Positions 62,592 through 64,000 of a stretch of DNA of 64,000 bases are shown piece after piece. The translations under genes and the position numbers were made by a program. Location: positions 243,803 through 307,802 of the forward strand of contig JAQGDQ010000275.1 in the NCBI GenBank assembly GCA_030141605.1, written 5' to 3'. The stretch is from Tubiluchus corallicola (lineage: Eukaryota; Animalia; Priapulida). The notes under the pieces are model-generated. The model ran no database searches and had not been told where the DNA came from. It was given only the letters and a program-made list of their open reading frames with translations. The stretch's first letter is position 1. Each line of letters begins with the position of its first letter.

Positions 62592-64000
62592 GCCAACACA
62601 TTTCTTAAGTTGACCTTGAATACTGATCTACGCCAATTTTTAATGCCGGGTTTTTAGGACAGCTCCAATAACTTTAGCTTACCTGAGCTCCGGTGAACTT
62701 CGATGGCATTCAGTTAAATCGGGGAAAGCCCATCCCAGAGTTTTAAGGTCACTGCTTCGACCATACTTTCAAGATTGCAGGCTGGGTGTGACGTACAAGA
62801 CACCCATACTAAATTTTGAGGGGATAATAGATTCGCTACATGATACATAAATCTTCACCAAGCAAATATATATACATATATATATATAAAAATAAAGTAA
62901 TATAAATACAAGTATATCTATTTGAGTTTATTTGTATTTATATTACTTTATTTTGGCTGCACTTCTGTTGCGTACATATATTTGCACGTGGAGGATTCAT
63001 GTATCAGTTTTAAAAACTGTCTAAAACCAAAATAAACTCTGTTTACACTAATTTGTTTTAGCTTGCTTGTTCTGGAATTAACGATAGGATTTGGAAAAAA
63101 GGTTGTGGTCAGCAAGGCAATAACCAAGATACAAACGACGCTGCATACTTATAATGTTGACAACTGTAGCAGGACCGAAACTTAGTTTATTGTTATCAGT
63201 ACCGAAGTGTTATATATTCTCAACATTATTTTAAGATCGGAACTCCTGGCTACAGGGTGGTTCATAGTTTTTTGCTTAGACGGTATAGAAAGAACAAGTA
63301 ATAGTACAGAACGATTTATTACATCAAAGCATTGCATCGCATAATAGCAAATCTATTAGTGTAAACAGAGTTTATTTTGGTTTTAGACAGTTTTTAAAAC
63401 TGATACATGAATCCTCCACGTGCAAATATATGTACGCAACAGAAGTGCAGCCAAAATAAAGTAATATAAATACAAATAAACTCAAATAGATATACTTGTA
63501 TTTGTATTACTTTATTTTTATGTATTTATGTTGTATATATATTTGCTTGGTGAAGATTTGATGTATCATGTAGCGAATCTATTATCCCCTCAAAATTTAG
63601 TATGGGTGCTTGTATGTCACGCGATGCCTGCAATCTTGAAAGTATGGTCGAAGCAGTGACCTTAAAACTCTGGGATGGGCTTTCCCCGATTTAACTGAAT
63701 GCCATCGAAGTTCACCGGAGCTCAGGTAAGCTAAAGTTATTGGAGCTGTCCTAAAAACCCGGCATTAAAAATTGGCGTAGATCAGTATTCAAGGTCAACT
63801 TAAGAAATGTGTTGGCTAGTGGCGGCTCGTGTGTAGGTACCGTGAAACTACAGCATCCGCAATTTTCACTCAGTATTATCGATAATATTCAATATAATTG
63901 GTATTTTTTCTTTAGTTCTTTATTTATACTTGTGTGGAACCAGAGTATGTACTGTTTGCTTCACGGCCCAGCACAGTGTACTCTAGCAACGCAGTGTTTG
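62398..64000. repeat. Long inverted repeat (arms 62398-63052 and 63355-64000+, 302-bp spacer)
   Basis: Reverse-complement match read directly; runs off the window end. Confidence 0.95.

Overview
AT-rich, repeat-dense invertebrate animal genomic DNA. Most of the window (7285-57268, + strand) is one complete multi-exon gene for a voltage-gated calcium channel alpha2delta subunit of the alpha2delta-3/4 (straightjacket-like) type. I reconstructed it by hand as 28 coding exons with consistent splice phases (3435 nt, 1144 aa): signal peptide, dCache/VWA domains and a C-terminal GPI signal. Points of note inside the gene: a near-identical 1018-bp tandem duplication carrying exon 19 twice (using both copies or neither gives an immediate TGA), two GC-AG introns, a 5S-rRNA-headed SINE3-like element, Penelope-like GIY-YIG remnants with a minimal hammerhead ribozyme motif just upstream of exon 4, and a first AATAAA that lies inside a transposon. 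A second gene, probably an astacin-family metalloprotease, appears to start near 61 kb with its ATG split by an intron, followed by an inverted repeat with arms of at least 650 bp. Introns contain TTAA-flanked (Kolobok-like), hAT, Tc1/mariner and Harbinger-like MITEs, tRNA-SINEs, LINE fragments and micro/minisatellites. Most ORF-track entries are repeat artefacts. All alignments were done by eye and no database searches were run.
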